Of a stretch of DNA of 64,000 nucleotides, positions 28,250-36,506 are shown in pieces. How positions within the stretch are numbered: the stretch's first letter is position 1; every line of letters starts with the position of its first letter. The notes under the pieces are model-generated. The model saw only the letters and a list, made by a program, of their open reading frames with translations, searched no databases and was not told the origin of the DNA. This stretch comes from Candidatus Alectryobacillus sp. Lineage in GTDB: Bacteria; Bacillota_I; Bacilli_A; RFN20; CAG-826. Position numbers and translations under genes: made by a program. Where the stretch lies: positions 35,297 to 99,296 of the forward strand of contig DAINNH010000003.1 of NCBI GenBank assembly GCA_036735985.1, written 5' to 3'.

Positions 28250-29025
28250 TTTTCCACGTGGAAAAACTTTACAGTGTTTTCCGTTAATTTTTCATCGGCC
28301 GTTTTTTCATCCATATTTTTCACTTTTGCCAGCATTTCTAAAGTAATTTTTATATATTGTGGAAGATTTTTTTCTCCACGATGAGGAACGGGCGGTAAAT
28401 ATGGCGCGTCCGTTTCAATAAAGAGTCTTTCCAATGGAAGATAATTAACAATTTCACGTAAATTATCTGCATTTTTATAGGTTAATACTCCGCCAACAGA
28501 GAAAAAGGCACCCAATTTATAGAGCTCTTTGGTTGTTTCCATACTTCCGTTATAAGCATGAAGATAGAATCCAAAAAGCGGATGGTGTTCTTTAAGAATT
28601 TTAACAAGATCGCCAATTGCATCACGACAATGAATACAAATAGGAAGATGATTTTCGTTAGCCAAGTCTATCTGGTAAATAAACCATTTTCTTTGTAACA
28701 CTCTTTCTTTTTCGTCTTTTTCCCAATAATAATCTAGTCCTATTTCGCCAATTACTTTAATCAAATTATTATTTGACCTAATAAAACCTAAATATTGTGC
28801 TAAAATTTCTGGATTTTCCAAATACTTAACATCGCAAGGATAGTAGCCTGCCCCTAAAAATACATTATTATATTTTATAGCTAATTTTTTCGCTTTTTCC
28901 ATAGAGTCTAAATCTGTGGTAGCACACAAAAAGTAATTAACACCTGCATTTTTGGCGTTTTCTAAAATTTCATCAATATTTTCAATCAATCCATCATCAT
29001 AAAGATGGCAGTGTGCATCAAACAT
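28246..29025 (-). CDS. tatD: TatD-family metal-dependent DNase/hydrolase
   Basis: Starts MFDAHCHL, with IGEIGLDY and ETDAPYL motifs. Confidence 0.9.
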   Translation of the reverse strand: MFDAHCHLYDDGLIENIDEILENAKNAGVNYFLCATTDLDSMEKAKKLAIKYNNVFLGAGYYPCDVKYLENPEILAQYLGFIRSNNNLIKVIGEIGLDYYWEKDEKERVLQRKWFIYQIDLANENHLPICIHCRDAIGDLVKILKEHHPLFGFYLHAYNGSMETTKELYKLGAFFSVGGVLTYKNADNLREIVNYLPLERLFIETDAPYLPPVPHRGEKNLPQYIKITLEMLAKVKNMDEKTADEKLTENTVKFFHVEK

Positions 29026-29026
29026 T

Positions 29027-30346
29027 TTATTTTCCTATGCAAAATCGCGAAAAGATTTCTTTGGTAATGTCTAAATCAGCGCTTTCGCCTAATAGTTCAA
29101 GCGTTTTTTGATAAGCATCATTTAGTGGAACACTTATAATATCGAGTGGCTGTTTTTCAGAATTTGACTTTAGTGCTTCTTCTAAATCGTTAGCTATTTG
29201 TTCTAAAATGCCAATTTCCCTTATGTTGTTGATACTAGGATTTACATAATTGTCTTCTTTTAAATTTAGTGACCTAATAATTGCATCTTTAACTGTTTCA
29301 ATGTCGCCAGTAATTGCAGAAATATGAACGCCGTCTGCTTTAACATCATTTAAATCAGTTTTATTATAAACTTTTATGCATTTTTTATTTTTTACTAAAT
29401 TTACTAGCTCCTTGTCCTCATCTTTATCAGATGAATCTAAAACATATAAAATCAGGTCAGCCTTTCCGATAGCTTCTTTTGATCTTTCGATGCCTTCCTT
29501 CTCGATAATATCACTAGATTCACGAATTCCCGCTGTATCTAATAAGTTTATAGAAACACCATTCAATGAAATTTGTCCTTCCACAACGTCTCTTGTTGTT
29601 CCTGGTATATCTGTTACAATGGCTTTCTTTTCTTTCAAAAAAGCATTTAACAAAGTACTTTTCCCGGCATTAGGTTTTCCAACAATAGCAATAGTTATAC
29701 CATCTTTAATGATATTTCCTTTATAGCCATTAGAAATAGTAATTCTCAAAAGTTTAAGAATTGCAGTTATTTCTGTTTCAATTTTTTCTTTTGTAGCGAT
29801 TTCGACGTCATAATACTCAGGATAATCGACGTTGACTTCTATTAGAGATAAAATATCTGCTAATTTATCCTTAATAGGAGTAACTAGTTGACTAGTTTTT
29901 CCTTTTAGCGAAAGAATAGCGAGGTTTTTTGCTTCACTTGTTGTGGCGTTTATTGCGTCATTTATGGCTTCGGCTTGAATTAAATCTATTTTCTTATTTA
30001 AAAAAGCTCTATTTGAAAACTCACCATTTAAAGCATAACGGGCGCCATTTTTGATTAATAACGAGATTATTTCTTGAGCAATAATTATGCTGCCATGACA
30101 TATAATTTCAACTGCATTCTCACCAGTAAAGGAGTGAGGACAAACATAAACTAATAGGACAACTTGATCAATTGTTTTGTCTCCATCAACAATATCTCCA
30201 ACAAAGATGGACTTTTCTTTTGTGGTGGTGATGTCTTTTGAAAAAACTTTAGAAACAATACCAAAAACATCTTCTCCAGACAAACGAACTATGGCAAGTG
30301 CGGCTTTCATAGGTGCAGTCGCTAAGGCAACAATGGTATCTAACAT
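29027..30346 (-). CDS. mnmE: tRNA modification GTPase MnmE
   Basis: Starts MLDTIVALATAPMKAALAIVRLSG. G1 motif GKPNAGKSTLLN and the C-terminal CIGK are present. Confidence 0.95.
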   Translation of the reverse strand: MLDTIVALATAPMKAALAIVRLSGEDVFGIVSKVFSKDITTTKEKSIFVGDIVDGDKTIDQVVLLVYVCPHSFTGENAVEIICHGSIIIAQEIISLLIKNGARYALNGEFSNRAFLNKKIDLIQAEAINDAINATTSEAKNLAILSLKGKTSQLVTPIKDKLADILSLIEVNVDYPEYYDVEIATKEKIETEITAILKLLRITISNGYKGNIIKDGITIAIVGKPNAGKSTLLNAFLKEKKAIVTDIPGTTRDVVEGQISLNGVSINLLDTAGIRESSDIIEKEGIERSKEAIGKADLILYVLDSSDKDEDKELVNLVKNKKCIKVYNKTDLNDVKADGVHISAITGDIETVKDAIIRSLNLKEDNYVNPSINNIREIGILEQIANDLEEALKSNSEKQPLDIISVPLNDAYQKTLELLGESADLDITKEIFSRFCIGK

Positions 30347-30359
30347 ATTAATTATTATA
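30347..30359 (-). promoter_or_regulatory. putative -10 box 7 nt upstream of the mnmE ATG
   Basis: Minus strand reads TTTTT-AATA-TATAAT-AATTAAT-ATG, with TATAAT at 30359-30354. It lies directly after the terminator hairpin. No SD and no good -35 were seen. Confidence 0.4.
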
Positions 30360-30363
30360 TATT

Positions 30364-30393
30364 AAAAAAGACCTCTATACACCATAGAGGTCT
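30364..30393 (-). terminator. rho-independent terminator after jag
   Basis: Perfect 10-bp stem AGACCTCTAT (30369-30378) / ATAGAGGTCT (30384-30393), followed by a T run on the minus strand. Confidence 0.8.
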
Positions 30394-30407
30394 ATTAATT
30401 TCATCAA

Positions 30408-31007
30408 CTAGGCAACGTATTTAATAACGACAGCTCTCTCTTTGCCTTCACCAACAGATTCACTAGAAATATGTGGGAAACGAGCAAGAGCGTTGTGAAC
30501 AATACGTCGTTCATCACTTGGCATTGGATCTAATTTAATTTCGCCTTTGCTAGTAAGAACTTCCTTCGCAGCCTTGCGAGCAACAAAGGATAACTTTTTG
30601 TATTTAGCAGTTTTATAGTTATTGACATCAAGAAGAACACGATATCTCTTTTTAAACTTTAAAAATGTTGCTAATCGTGTTAATTCAGTTAAAGCTTGAA
30701 GAGTATGTCCGTCTTTACCAATAATAATGCTATTTTGATTGGTATCTAAAGTAATGTTAATAATATCGTCCTTTAAAACTGTTTTCGTGGTGCAAGTAAT
30801 ACCCATAGATTCTAAACCATGTTTTAAATAATTTTCAGCATAGGTAATTGCATCGCTTAATTCATAAACAGCAATTGTTGCGGTTTTTTTGAATAAACCA
30901 CGTTTTTCTTCAATAACTTCATAAACTAATTCTTTAGGATCAACGCCTTGATCCTTGCTTGCCATCTCAATGGCATCTTCTAAAATTTTTGCAGTATAAT
31001 TTTTCAT
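30408..31007 (-). CDS. jag: Jag/KhpB RNA-binding protein (KH + R3H domains)
   Basis: 199 aa with an R3H-like PMPSDERRIVHNAL motif, in the yidC-jag context. Confidence 0.85.
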   Translation of the reverse strand: MKNYTAKILEDAIEMASKDQGVDPKELVYEVIEEKRGLFKKTATIAVYELSDAITYAENYLKHGLESMGITCTTKTVLKDDIINITLDTNQNSIIIGKDGHTLQALTELTRLATFLKFKKRYRVLLDVNNYKTAKYKKLSFVARKAAKEVLTSKGEIKLDPMPSDERRIVHNALARFPHISSESVGEGKERAVVIKYVA

Positions 31008-31009
31008 AT

Positions 31010-32530
31010 TTATTGTTTTTCCTTCTTCTTTCGTTTTCCGACATAATAAACAAATAAGCTTTGTGCAATTGAGAAAACAGCACTAATAATCCAATAAACA
31101 CCCATGGCGGCAGGTAAAGTAAAGCCCATGATGATAATAAAAGCAAACATAACATATTGCATTACTTTCATGCTCTTATTAGTATCCATTGCGGTTGTTG
31201 ATTTGGATAATTTCTTAACTTTATTAGTTTTAGATTTGTTAAGCCATTGTGGGAATTTCATTGAAACAAATTGAATAGCACTCATAAAAATAAAGAGTAA
31301 TAGTGCTGTCCACCAACCTGTACCGTTTCCTGGTAAGGCTTTGGTATTAAACAATGAAACGTAAACAACTTGCGACAAATCAAGATTTAAGAACGAGCCA
31401 GTAGCTAACGCTGCTGAACCGCTTAAAGCACTCCAAACACAAATAAAGACTGGGAATTGAAGAAGTAAAACGATTATTTGCATAAACGGCTTAACACCAT
31501 TTTTCTTATACAATCGCATTTGTTCTTCTGTTAACCTTTGTTTTTCATATTGGTTTTGACCAGCGTTTGGATATTTTTGTTGTAGTTTTTCAAGTTCTGG
31601 TTGTAAAGCTTGCATTTTGTTTTGACTAAATGTTGTACGAATAGTGCATAAGAACATAATCATACGAACAATTAAAGTAACAAAGACAATACTAAGTAAT
31701 TGTGGCCAACCTTGAACTAATCCAGCGTTTCCGCCAGCAAAAGACAAAGTGAAATAGTCGGCAATATAAGCAATTGGATAAACAAGAAGGCCCTCAAAGA
31801 AGCCTTTGCTCCAAGCATATGACCAACTCTTTTCTGACATATAAACTGATTCGTTTCCGTTTGTTCCATAGTTACCATAATAACCATTTGATGTGTTAAT
31901 ACATGAACGGAAAGCGTTCGTTTTTTCGGTCATTTTCTTTTTATAGAAAGTGACGAAATCACTTGTTGGTGTACTATAATTCAAACCGGTATTCGCCGCT
32001 AATTTTTCTTTAAGAACGGTGTTAATAGCATCATAGCCTGAATAAGTAACGCTCGATCCAACACTTAAAAAACGTGTATAACCAAAGCCATACTTATTGG
32101 AAGTGTTAGAAGAATTTTGATTCGTTAAATCAAGAGCAACGCCCAACTTTTCATAATTAACAGTGGTGAAATCACTATAGCCAGCCGCTTTTAAAGCGAT
32201 AGATCTTGCTTCGCTATCAAAAGCTTCGAAATAGTTTAAATCAGGAACATAATATTTACTTGAAATAGCTTGAGTAACGATATCCTTTAAAAAGCTATCA
32301 TTATCAAAACTCGCTGTATAGTAAATATTGTCAAAACCGTTTAATGCTACAGCAGATGCCGGCTTTGTTGTGTCGTTCCCATCGTAATATTTTGTAACAC
32401 CTTTATCAAAGGTATACATAATTCTTGCTGTATCTTCTTGGGAACAAAAACTAGCAGTACAACTAGTTAATAAAATTCCGCCAAAGAGAATTGCAGCAAC
32501 GCCTAGGGCTCTTTTAAGATTTTTCCCCAT
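31010..32530 (-). CDS. yidC: YidC/Oxa1-family membrane insertase with a long N-terminal lipoprotein domain
   Basis: 506 aa. Signal peptide and lipobox LLTSC, with Cys at residue 24. The YidC core starts around residue 270 (LLSIVFVTLIVRMIMF...QPELEKLQQKY). In the rnpA-yidC-jag context. Confidence 0.85.
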   Translation of the reverse strand: MGKNLKRALGVAAILFGGILLTSCTASFCSQEDTARIMYTFDKGVTKYYDGNDTTKPASAVALNGFDNIYYTASFDNDSFLKDIVTQAISSKYYVPDLNYFEAFDSEARSIALKAAGYSDFTTVNYEKLGVALDLTNQNSSNTSNKYGFGYTRFLSVGSSVTYSGYDAINTVLKEKLAANTGLNYSTPTSDFVTFYKKKMTEKTNAFRSCINTSNGYYGNYGTNGNESVYMSEKSWSYAWSKGFFEGLLVYPIAYIADYFTLSFAGGNAGLVQGWPQLLSIVFVTLIVRMIMFLCTIRTTFSQNKMQALQPELEKLQQKYPNAGQNQYEKQRLTEEQMRLYKKNGVKPFMQIIVLLLQFPVFICVWSALSGSAALATGSFLNLDLSQVVYVSLFNTKALPGNGTGWWTALLLFIFMSAIQFVSMKFPQWLNKSKTNKVKKLSKSTTAMDTNKSMKVMQYVMFAFIIIMGFTLPAAMGVYWIISAVFSIAQSLFVYYVGKRKKKEKQ

Positions 32531-32864
32531 TTAATATCTCCTTTAGTTTTATTTCCATTAGATTAAAATCCGCTTGGATTTCAGAATATGACATATCGCA
32601 TACAGAAGCACGAGCAATAATGACAAAGTCACCGCATAAACTTTCTAAATCACATAAATCCTTAATATTTGCTCTAAATCTTCTCTTTACAAAGTTTCTA
32701 GTAACAGCATTACCAATTTTCTTTGAAACTGATAACCCGAATCTAGAATGATCTAATGAATTTTTGACGTAGTAGACACTCATCGATTTAAATTTTAAAA
32801 CCTTGCGATTATCTAAAACTCGTTTGAAGTCTTCGTTTGTTTTTAAACGATATTGTAGTTTCAT
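32514..32864 (-). CDS. rnpA: ribonuclease P protein component
   Basis: 116 aa, basic, with the RNR-like motif GNAVTRNFVKRRFR. Lies downstream of rpmH. Overlaps yidC by 17 nt. Confidence 0.9.
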   Translation of the reverse strand: MKLQYRLKTNEDFKRVLDNRKVLKFKSMSVYYVKNSLDHSRFGLSVSKKIGNAVTRNFVKRRFRANIKDLCDLESLCGDFVIIARASVCDMSYSEIQADFNLMEIKLKEILNGEKS

Positions 32865-32898
32865 ATTTCTCCGGTTTTAAAATTTAAACTTTAAAAGC

Positions 32899-33033
32899 TT
32901 AAGCAGCGACAACTTTTCTGCCTTTTTTACGACGGTTTGCAATCACTTTTCTTCCGGTTGGGGAGGACATTCTTGCACGAAAACCATTTACATTAGCATG
33001 TTTTCTTTTACTTGGTTGATAAGTTCTTTTCAT
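32899..33033 (-). CDS. rpmH: 50S ribosomal protein L34 (absent from the ORF track, below its size cut-off)
   Basis: Own translation gives [44 protein letters not shown] (44 aa). SD AAGGAG is present. Classic rpmH-rnpA pair next to oriC. Confidence 0.95.
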   Translation of the reverse strand: MKRTYQPSKRKHANVNGFRARMSSPTGRKVIANRRKKGRKVVAA

Positions 33034-33424
33034 AAATTACTCCTTGTTTGAAGTTTATGCTTGTTTATTATATATTAGTAATTAAATTATAGCAATTTAA
33101 TTATAATAATACATTATAAGCAATTTTTTTGAGTTTTTTCCCACTAATTAAAAGATTTCCACCTGCTAATTGTGGAAAGTTTTGTTTAAATACATTCGAT
33201 GTCATCGTTAGTTTTAAAACTTTCCACACTTTCCACATTTTCCAATTTTGAATAAATGTTTGTAAAAGTTTTCCACATGAAAATCTTGTTTAAAGCCTTT
33301 AAAATGTGTATTTATCGGCACTAGGAAAGATAACGTTGTGGAAAACTAAATTTTTGTTAAAATTTTAATGTATTTTATATGTGGATATGTTAATATTTAT
33401 GCAGTGTAAGAAAAGGATTATTTT
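33034..33424. other. oriC: oriC part 1: DnaA-box cluster in the rpmH-dnaA spacer
   Basis: Boxes close to TTATCCACA are present. They are TGTGGAAAG at 33171-33179, tandem CTTTCCACA at 33220-33228 and 33229-33237, TTTTCCACA at 33269-33277, TGTGGAAAA at 33337-33345 and TGTGGATAT at 33380-33388. A weaker TTTCCACC lies at 33156-33163. An almost pure A+T stretch lies at about 33060-33130. Confidence 0.85.
33086..33094 (-). promoter_or_regulatory. putative rpmH extended -10 promoter
   Basis: Minus strand reads TGCTATAAT (33094-33086), about 50 nt upstream of the rpmH ATG. Confidence 0.5.
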
Positions 33425-34783
33425 ATGGAATCTATTACCGAATTATCTAATATCTGGTCGCGTGTTTTAACAAAACTAAAAGATGAAATTAATAATAATC
33501 ATATTTTTGATGTCTTTTTTAAGGATTCCTACATTTATACTATTAATCAAGGAAAAATGTACATCGTTGTTACAAGTGGTTTAGCTGTAAATTTAATTGA
33601 AACAAAATATCACGATATGCTCGATAGTATTGTTAAAGATGTTACTCAAACCGATTATAAATTAGTTATTACTAAACAAGAAGATCTTGATAACAACAAA
33701 CTTCCGTCAGCTAAAGAGGAAACAGTTTTCTTTAAAGATTCTAAAATAAATCCTCGCTATACTTTTGATAATTTTGTTGTTGGTTTATCTAATAGAGAAG
33801 CCAACCAAGCTTCATTAATCGTCGCGAGTAACATGGGTAATATGTATAACCCTTTATTTATATACTCAGACTCAGGTTTAGGCAAAACTCATTTGCTTCA
33901 TGCTATTGGTAATTATATTAAACAAAACTCGCCTAGAACCAACGTTTTAGTTATTTCTACTGATCAATTTGTTGAAGAATATATACGCTCAGCTAAAGGC
34001 GAAGAAGATATTAATGAGTTAAAAAATTACTTAAAGAAAGTTGATGTTCTTTTAATTGATGATATCCAATTTTTAGCCAATAAAACTAAGACTGAGGAAT
34101 TTTTCTTTCCAATCTTTAATTATTTTGTGAGTAACAACAAACAAATTGTTTTAACTTGTGATCGCCGTCCAATTGATCTTGAAGGCCTTGAACAAAGGTT
34201 GGTAACCCGTTTTTCTCAGGGTTTATTAACAAGTATTTCAAAACCAGAGAAATCAGTTTGTGTTGAGATTTTAAAGAAAAAAATCGTTCAAAATGGCTTA
34301 GATATTAATAATTTTGATGAGGATGCTCTTGAGTTTTTGGCTGACAAATTTTCTTCAAGCGTTCGTGATCTTGAAGGAGCTTTACTTAAACTGTTAAATT
34401 ATACAATTAACTTTAAACCAACTTCACATATTGACTTAAATACCGCTATAGAGGCGGTTTCAGGCCTTCTTAATGGCGTTGATGCCGAAAGCGAAGTTTC
34501 TGAAAAGAAAATTATTAACATTGTTGCTGAGTACTATAATTTAACTCAAAACCAAATTCTTGGTAACTCTCATATCAAACAAATTGCTCTTGCGCGTCAC
34601 ATCTCGATGTATTTAATTCGTAGCGAATTGGATGTCTCGTTTACTAAAATAGGTCAGTTATTTGGTAATAAAGATCATTCAACGGTGATGTCTGGTGTAA
34701 ATAAAGTTGAAAACTTGTTAAAAACTGATGAACAAATGAGGAAAGTTATTACCGAGTTAAAAGCTAAGATTAATAAAAAATAA
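33425..34783 (+). CDS. dnaA: chromosomal replication initiator protein DnaA
   Basis: 452 aa with AAA+ Walker A SGLGKTHLLHAIGN and the domain IV motif HSTVMSG. Confidence 0.97.
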   Translation: MESITELSNIWSRVLTKLKDEINNNHIFDVFFKDSYIYTINQGKMYIVVTSGLAVNLIETKYHDMLDSIVKDVTQTDYKLVITKQEDLDNNKLPSAKEETVFFKDSKINPRYTFDNFVVGLSNREANQASLIVASNMGNMYNPLFIYSDSGLGKTHLLHAIGNYIKQNSPRTNVLVISTDQFVEEYIRSAKGEEDINELKNYLKKVDVLLIDDIQFLANKTKTEEFFFPIFNYFVSNNKQIVLTCDRRPIDLEGLEQRLVTRFSQGLLTSISKPEKSVCVEILKKKIVQNGLDINNFDEDALEFLADKFSSSVRDLEGALLKLLNYTINFKPTSHIDLNTAIEAVSGLLNGVDAESEVSEKKIINIVAEYYNLTQNQILGNSHIKQIALARHISMYLIRSELDVSFTKIGQLFGNKDHSTVMSGVNKVENLLKTDEQMRKVITELKAKINKK

Positions 34784-34897
34784 GCGTGTTTTGTTGGGTT
34801 TTTACATTAATCATGTATTAATAAATTAATAAAAATTAACTTTTTCCACCAAATCCACAATGCTTATTATTATAATTATTATATTAAGGAGAATTAT
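34784..34897. other. oriC: oriC part 2: two DnaA-box-like sites plus an AT trinucleotide array in the dnaA-dnaN spacer
   Basis: TTTTCCACC (34842-34850) and AAATCCACA (34851-34859) are followed by TGC and then TTA TTA TTA TAA TTA TTA TAT TAA (34864-34887). The bottom strand of that array reads TAA TAA TTA TAA TAA TAA. Confidence 0.65.
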
Positions 34898-36031
34898 ATG
34901 AAATTTATAATTAACAAAAGTGTTCTCGTAAATTCACTAAACACAGTAACAAAAATTGCTAGCACTAAGAGTATCGATGCAATTTTAAATAATCTAAAGT
35001 TTACAATTTCGCAACAAGGACTCGAAATTGTTGGCTCTAATGGTGATGTTTCTATCATTGATATGATTTCAAGAGTTGATAACCAAGGAAATCCACTAAT
35101 CACAATTGATAATGATGGATCTTTCCTAGTTTCTACCCGTGTATCAGATATCGTTAGAAGTATGGAAGGAAATGAATTAGCTTTTGAAATTGTTGATGGA
35201 ACTGTCCTTAAAATAAACGATAGCAAGTCTTCATTTAGACTTAATACAATGAATGCTAAAGAATATCCTGATTTGGATTTTAATTATAGAGATGAAGATG
35301 GATTTCTAATTTCTAAAGAAGTTTTCATCCAAGCTGTTAATCAAGTTGCTTTTGTTGCTTCAACAAAAGATACAAAACCAATTTTAAAAGCAGTAAACAT
35401 TACGTGTGATGGTGGCAGAATGACGTTGGTTGCAACAGATACTGCTAGACTTTCACGCAAAATTATTGAAGTTCCTTTTAATAAAAAAATAGTTGCAAAT
35501 GTTCCAGCAAAAACTTTGATGGATGTTTCAAAAATGCTCGACAACGCCACAGCTTTACAAATTATTTTTGGTGCCAATCGTGTTGTTTTTAAATTCGGAA
35601 CCACAATTTTATATTCTAGTTTGATGGCTGGAGATTATCCAAACATCGCAAGTATCATTTCCAAAAAATTTACTTGGAATCTACAAGTAAGTGCAAACGA
35701 ATTAATAGGAGCTTTAGAAAGAGTCTCGGTTTTATTTTTAGATAAAGCTCGTGAAAATGCCGCTAAACTCACCTTATCAGAAAACGTTTGCAAATTAACT
35801 TCTCGTTCAGCTCAATTTGGTTCAACCGAAGAAATTATTTCTATGTTCAAATATGATGGTGAACCATTAGAGATTGCGTTTAATTGCGATTTTGCACTTG
35901 CGGCCATTAAAGCTACAGGCAAACAAGACATCATTATGTATTTTGGTGGGGAAATAAAGCCATTTATGATTAAAGCTGTTGATGATGAGAATTTTGTTCA
36001 AATTATCACTCCTTTAAGAATCAACGACTAA
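34898..36031 (+). CDS. dnaN: DNA polymerase III beta sliding clamp
   Basis: 377 aa starting MKFIINKSVLVNSL. Typical length and position. SD AAGGAG is present. Confidence 0.95.
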   Translation: MKFIINKSVLVNSLNTVTKIASTKSIDAILNNLKFTISQQGLEIVGSNGDVSIIDMISRVDNQGNPLITIDNDGSFLVSTRVSDIVRSMEGNELAFEIVDGTVLKINDSKSSFRLNTMNAKEYPDLDFNYRDEDGFLISKEVFIQAVNQVAFVASTKDTKPILKAVNITCDGGRMTLVATDTARLSRKIIEVPFNKKIVANVPAKTLMDVSKMLDNATALQIIFGANRVVFKFGTTILYSSLMAGDYPNIASIISKKFTWNLQVSANELIGALERVSVLFLDKARENAAKLTLSENVCKLTSRSAQFGSTEEIISMFKYDGEPLEIAFNCDFALAAIKATGKQDIIMYFGGEIKPFMIKAVDDENFVQIITPLRIND

Positions 36032-36047
36032 GTTGTTAAAATTTAAT

Positions 36048-36077
36048 AAACCGTCAAGTAAGTCTTGGCGGTTTTTT
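36048..36077 (+). terminator. rho-independent terminator after dnaN
   Basis: Stem CCGTCAAG (36051-36058) / CTTGGCGG (36064-36071), followed by TTTTTT. Confidence 0.75.
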
Positions 36078-36081
36078 AATA

Positions 36082-36114
36082 AATTTACAAATAAAAAAAC
36101 GCACAATTTACAAA
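36082..36114 (+). repeat. direct repeat AATTTACAAA x2, 23 bp apart centre to centre
   Basis: Identical 10-mers lie at 36082-36091 and 36105-36114 in the non-coding dnaN-yaaA spacer. Confidence 0.9.
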
Positions 36115-36170
36115 CAAAAGAAACTTGTGTCTCAAATAGTGAAGAATAGCAATAATTTTATTATAGTTTC

Positions 36171-36204
36171 TTTAGTGGTTTTTAAGCCTTTTAGGGCCAC
36201 TAAA
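36171..36204 (+). repeat. inverted repeat / hairpin TTTAGTGG-N18-CCACTAAA
   Basis: 8-bp arms at 36171-36178 and 36197-36204. No T run follows on either strand, so it does not look like a terminator. Confidence 0.8.
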
Positions 36205-36207
36205 AAT

Positions 36208-36250
36208 AATGAATATATATATTCATTGATTTTTAATAATTTGGTATAAT
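36208..36250 (+). promoter_or_regulatory. yaaA-recF promoter (extended -10 TGGTATAAT) preceded by a perfect 20-bp palindrome
   Basis: The palindrome AATGAATATATATATTCATT (36208-36227) equals its own reverse complement. TGGTATAAT lies at 36242-36250, and the palindrome covers the -35 position. Confidence 0.5.
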
Positions 36251-36272
36251 ATAAGCGTGATTGAGGCTAAAT

Positions 36273-36506
36273 ATGAGCGAAACCAAAATTATTAAAATTC
36301 ATACAGAATTTATTACATTACAACAAGCTTTAAAATTGGCCGACATCATACAAGATGGAGGGCAATCTAAAAGTTTTATTGCCAACAATAAAATCTTTGT
36401 TAATGGCGAAAGCGAAAACAGAAGAGGACGTAAATTGTATTCTGGTTACACTTTAAAAGTTAATGAGGAGGATTTTGCGATTTTAAATGATAATCAGCAA
36501 AATTGA
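36273..36506 (+). CDS. yaaA: S4-domain RNA-binding protein YaaA
   Basis: 77 aa from the ATG at 36273, after GAGG. Conserved dnaN-yaaA-recF position. The ORF-track TTG at 36261 is less likely. Confidence 0.8.
   Translation: MSETKIIKIHTEFITLQQALKLADIIQDGGQSKSFIANNKIFVNGESENRRGRKLYSGYTLKVNEEDFAILNDNQQN

Noticed and set aside
33080-33102. A/T-only inverted repeat AATTAAATT-N5-AATTTAATT overlapping the rpmH promoter in the AT-rich part of oriC.
   Set aside because: It consists only of A and T within an almost pure A+T stretch. It cannot be distinguished from chance and is not reported as a site.
34894-35226. 110-aa ORF antisense to dnaN. Similar antisense or out-of-frame ORFs lie inside recF (36696-37055), gyrB, gyrA (40132-40455, 40870-41205), ftsH (8464-9189), mnmE, tldD/pmbA and the ABC genes.
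   Set aside because: All are embedded in conserved housekeeping genes. They have low-complexity or hydrophobic nonsense translations and no translation signals. They are typical frame-shadow artefacts.
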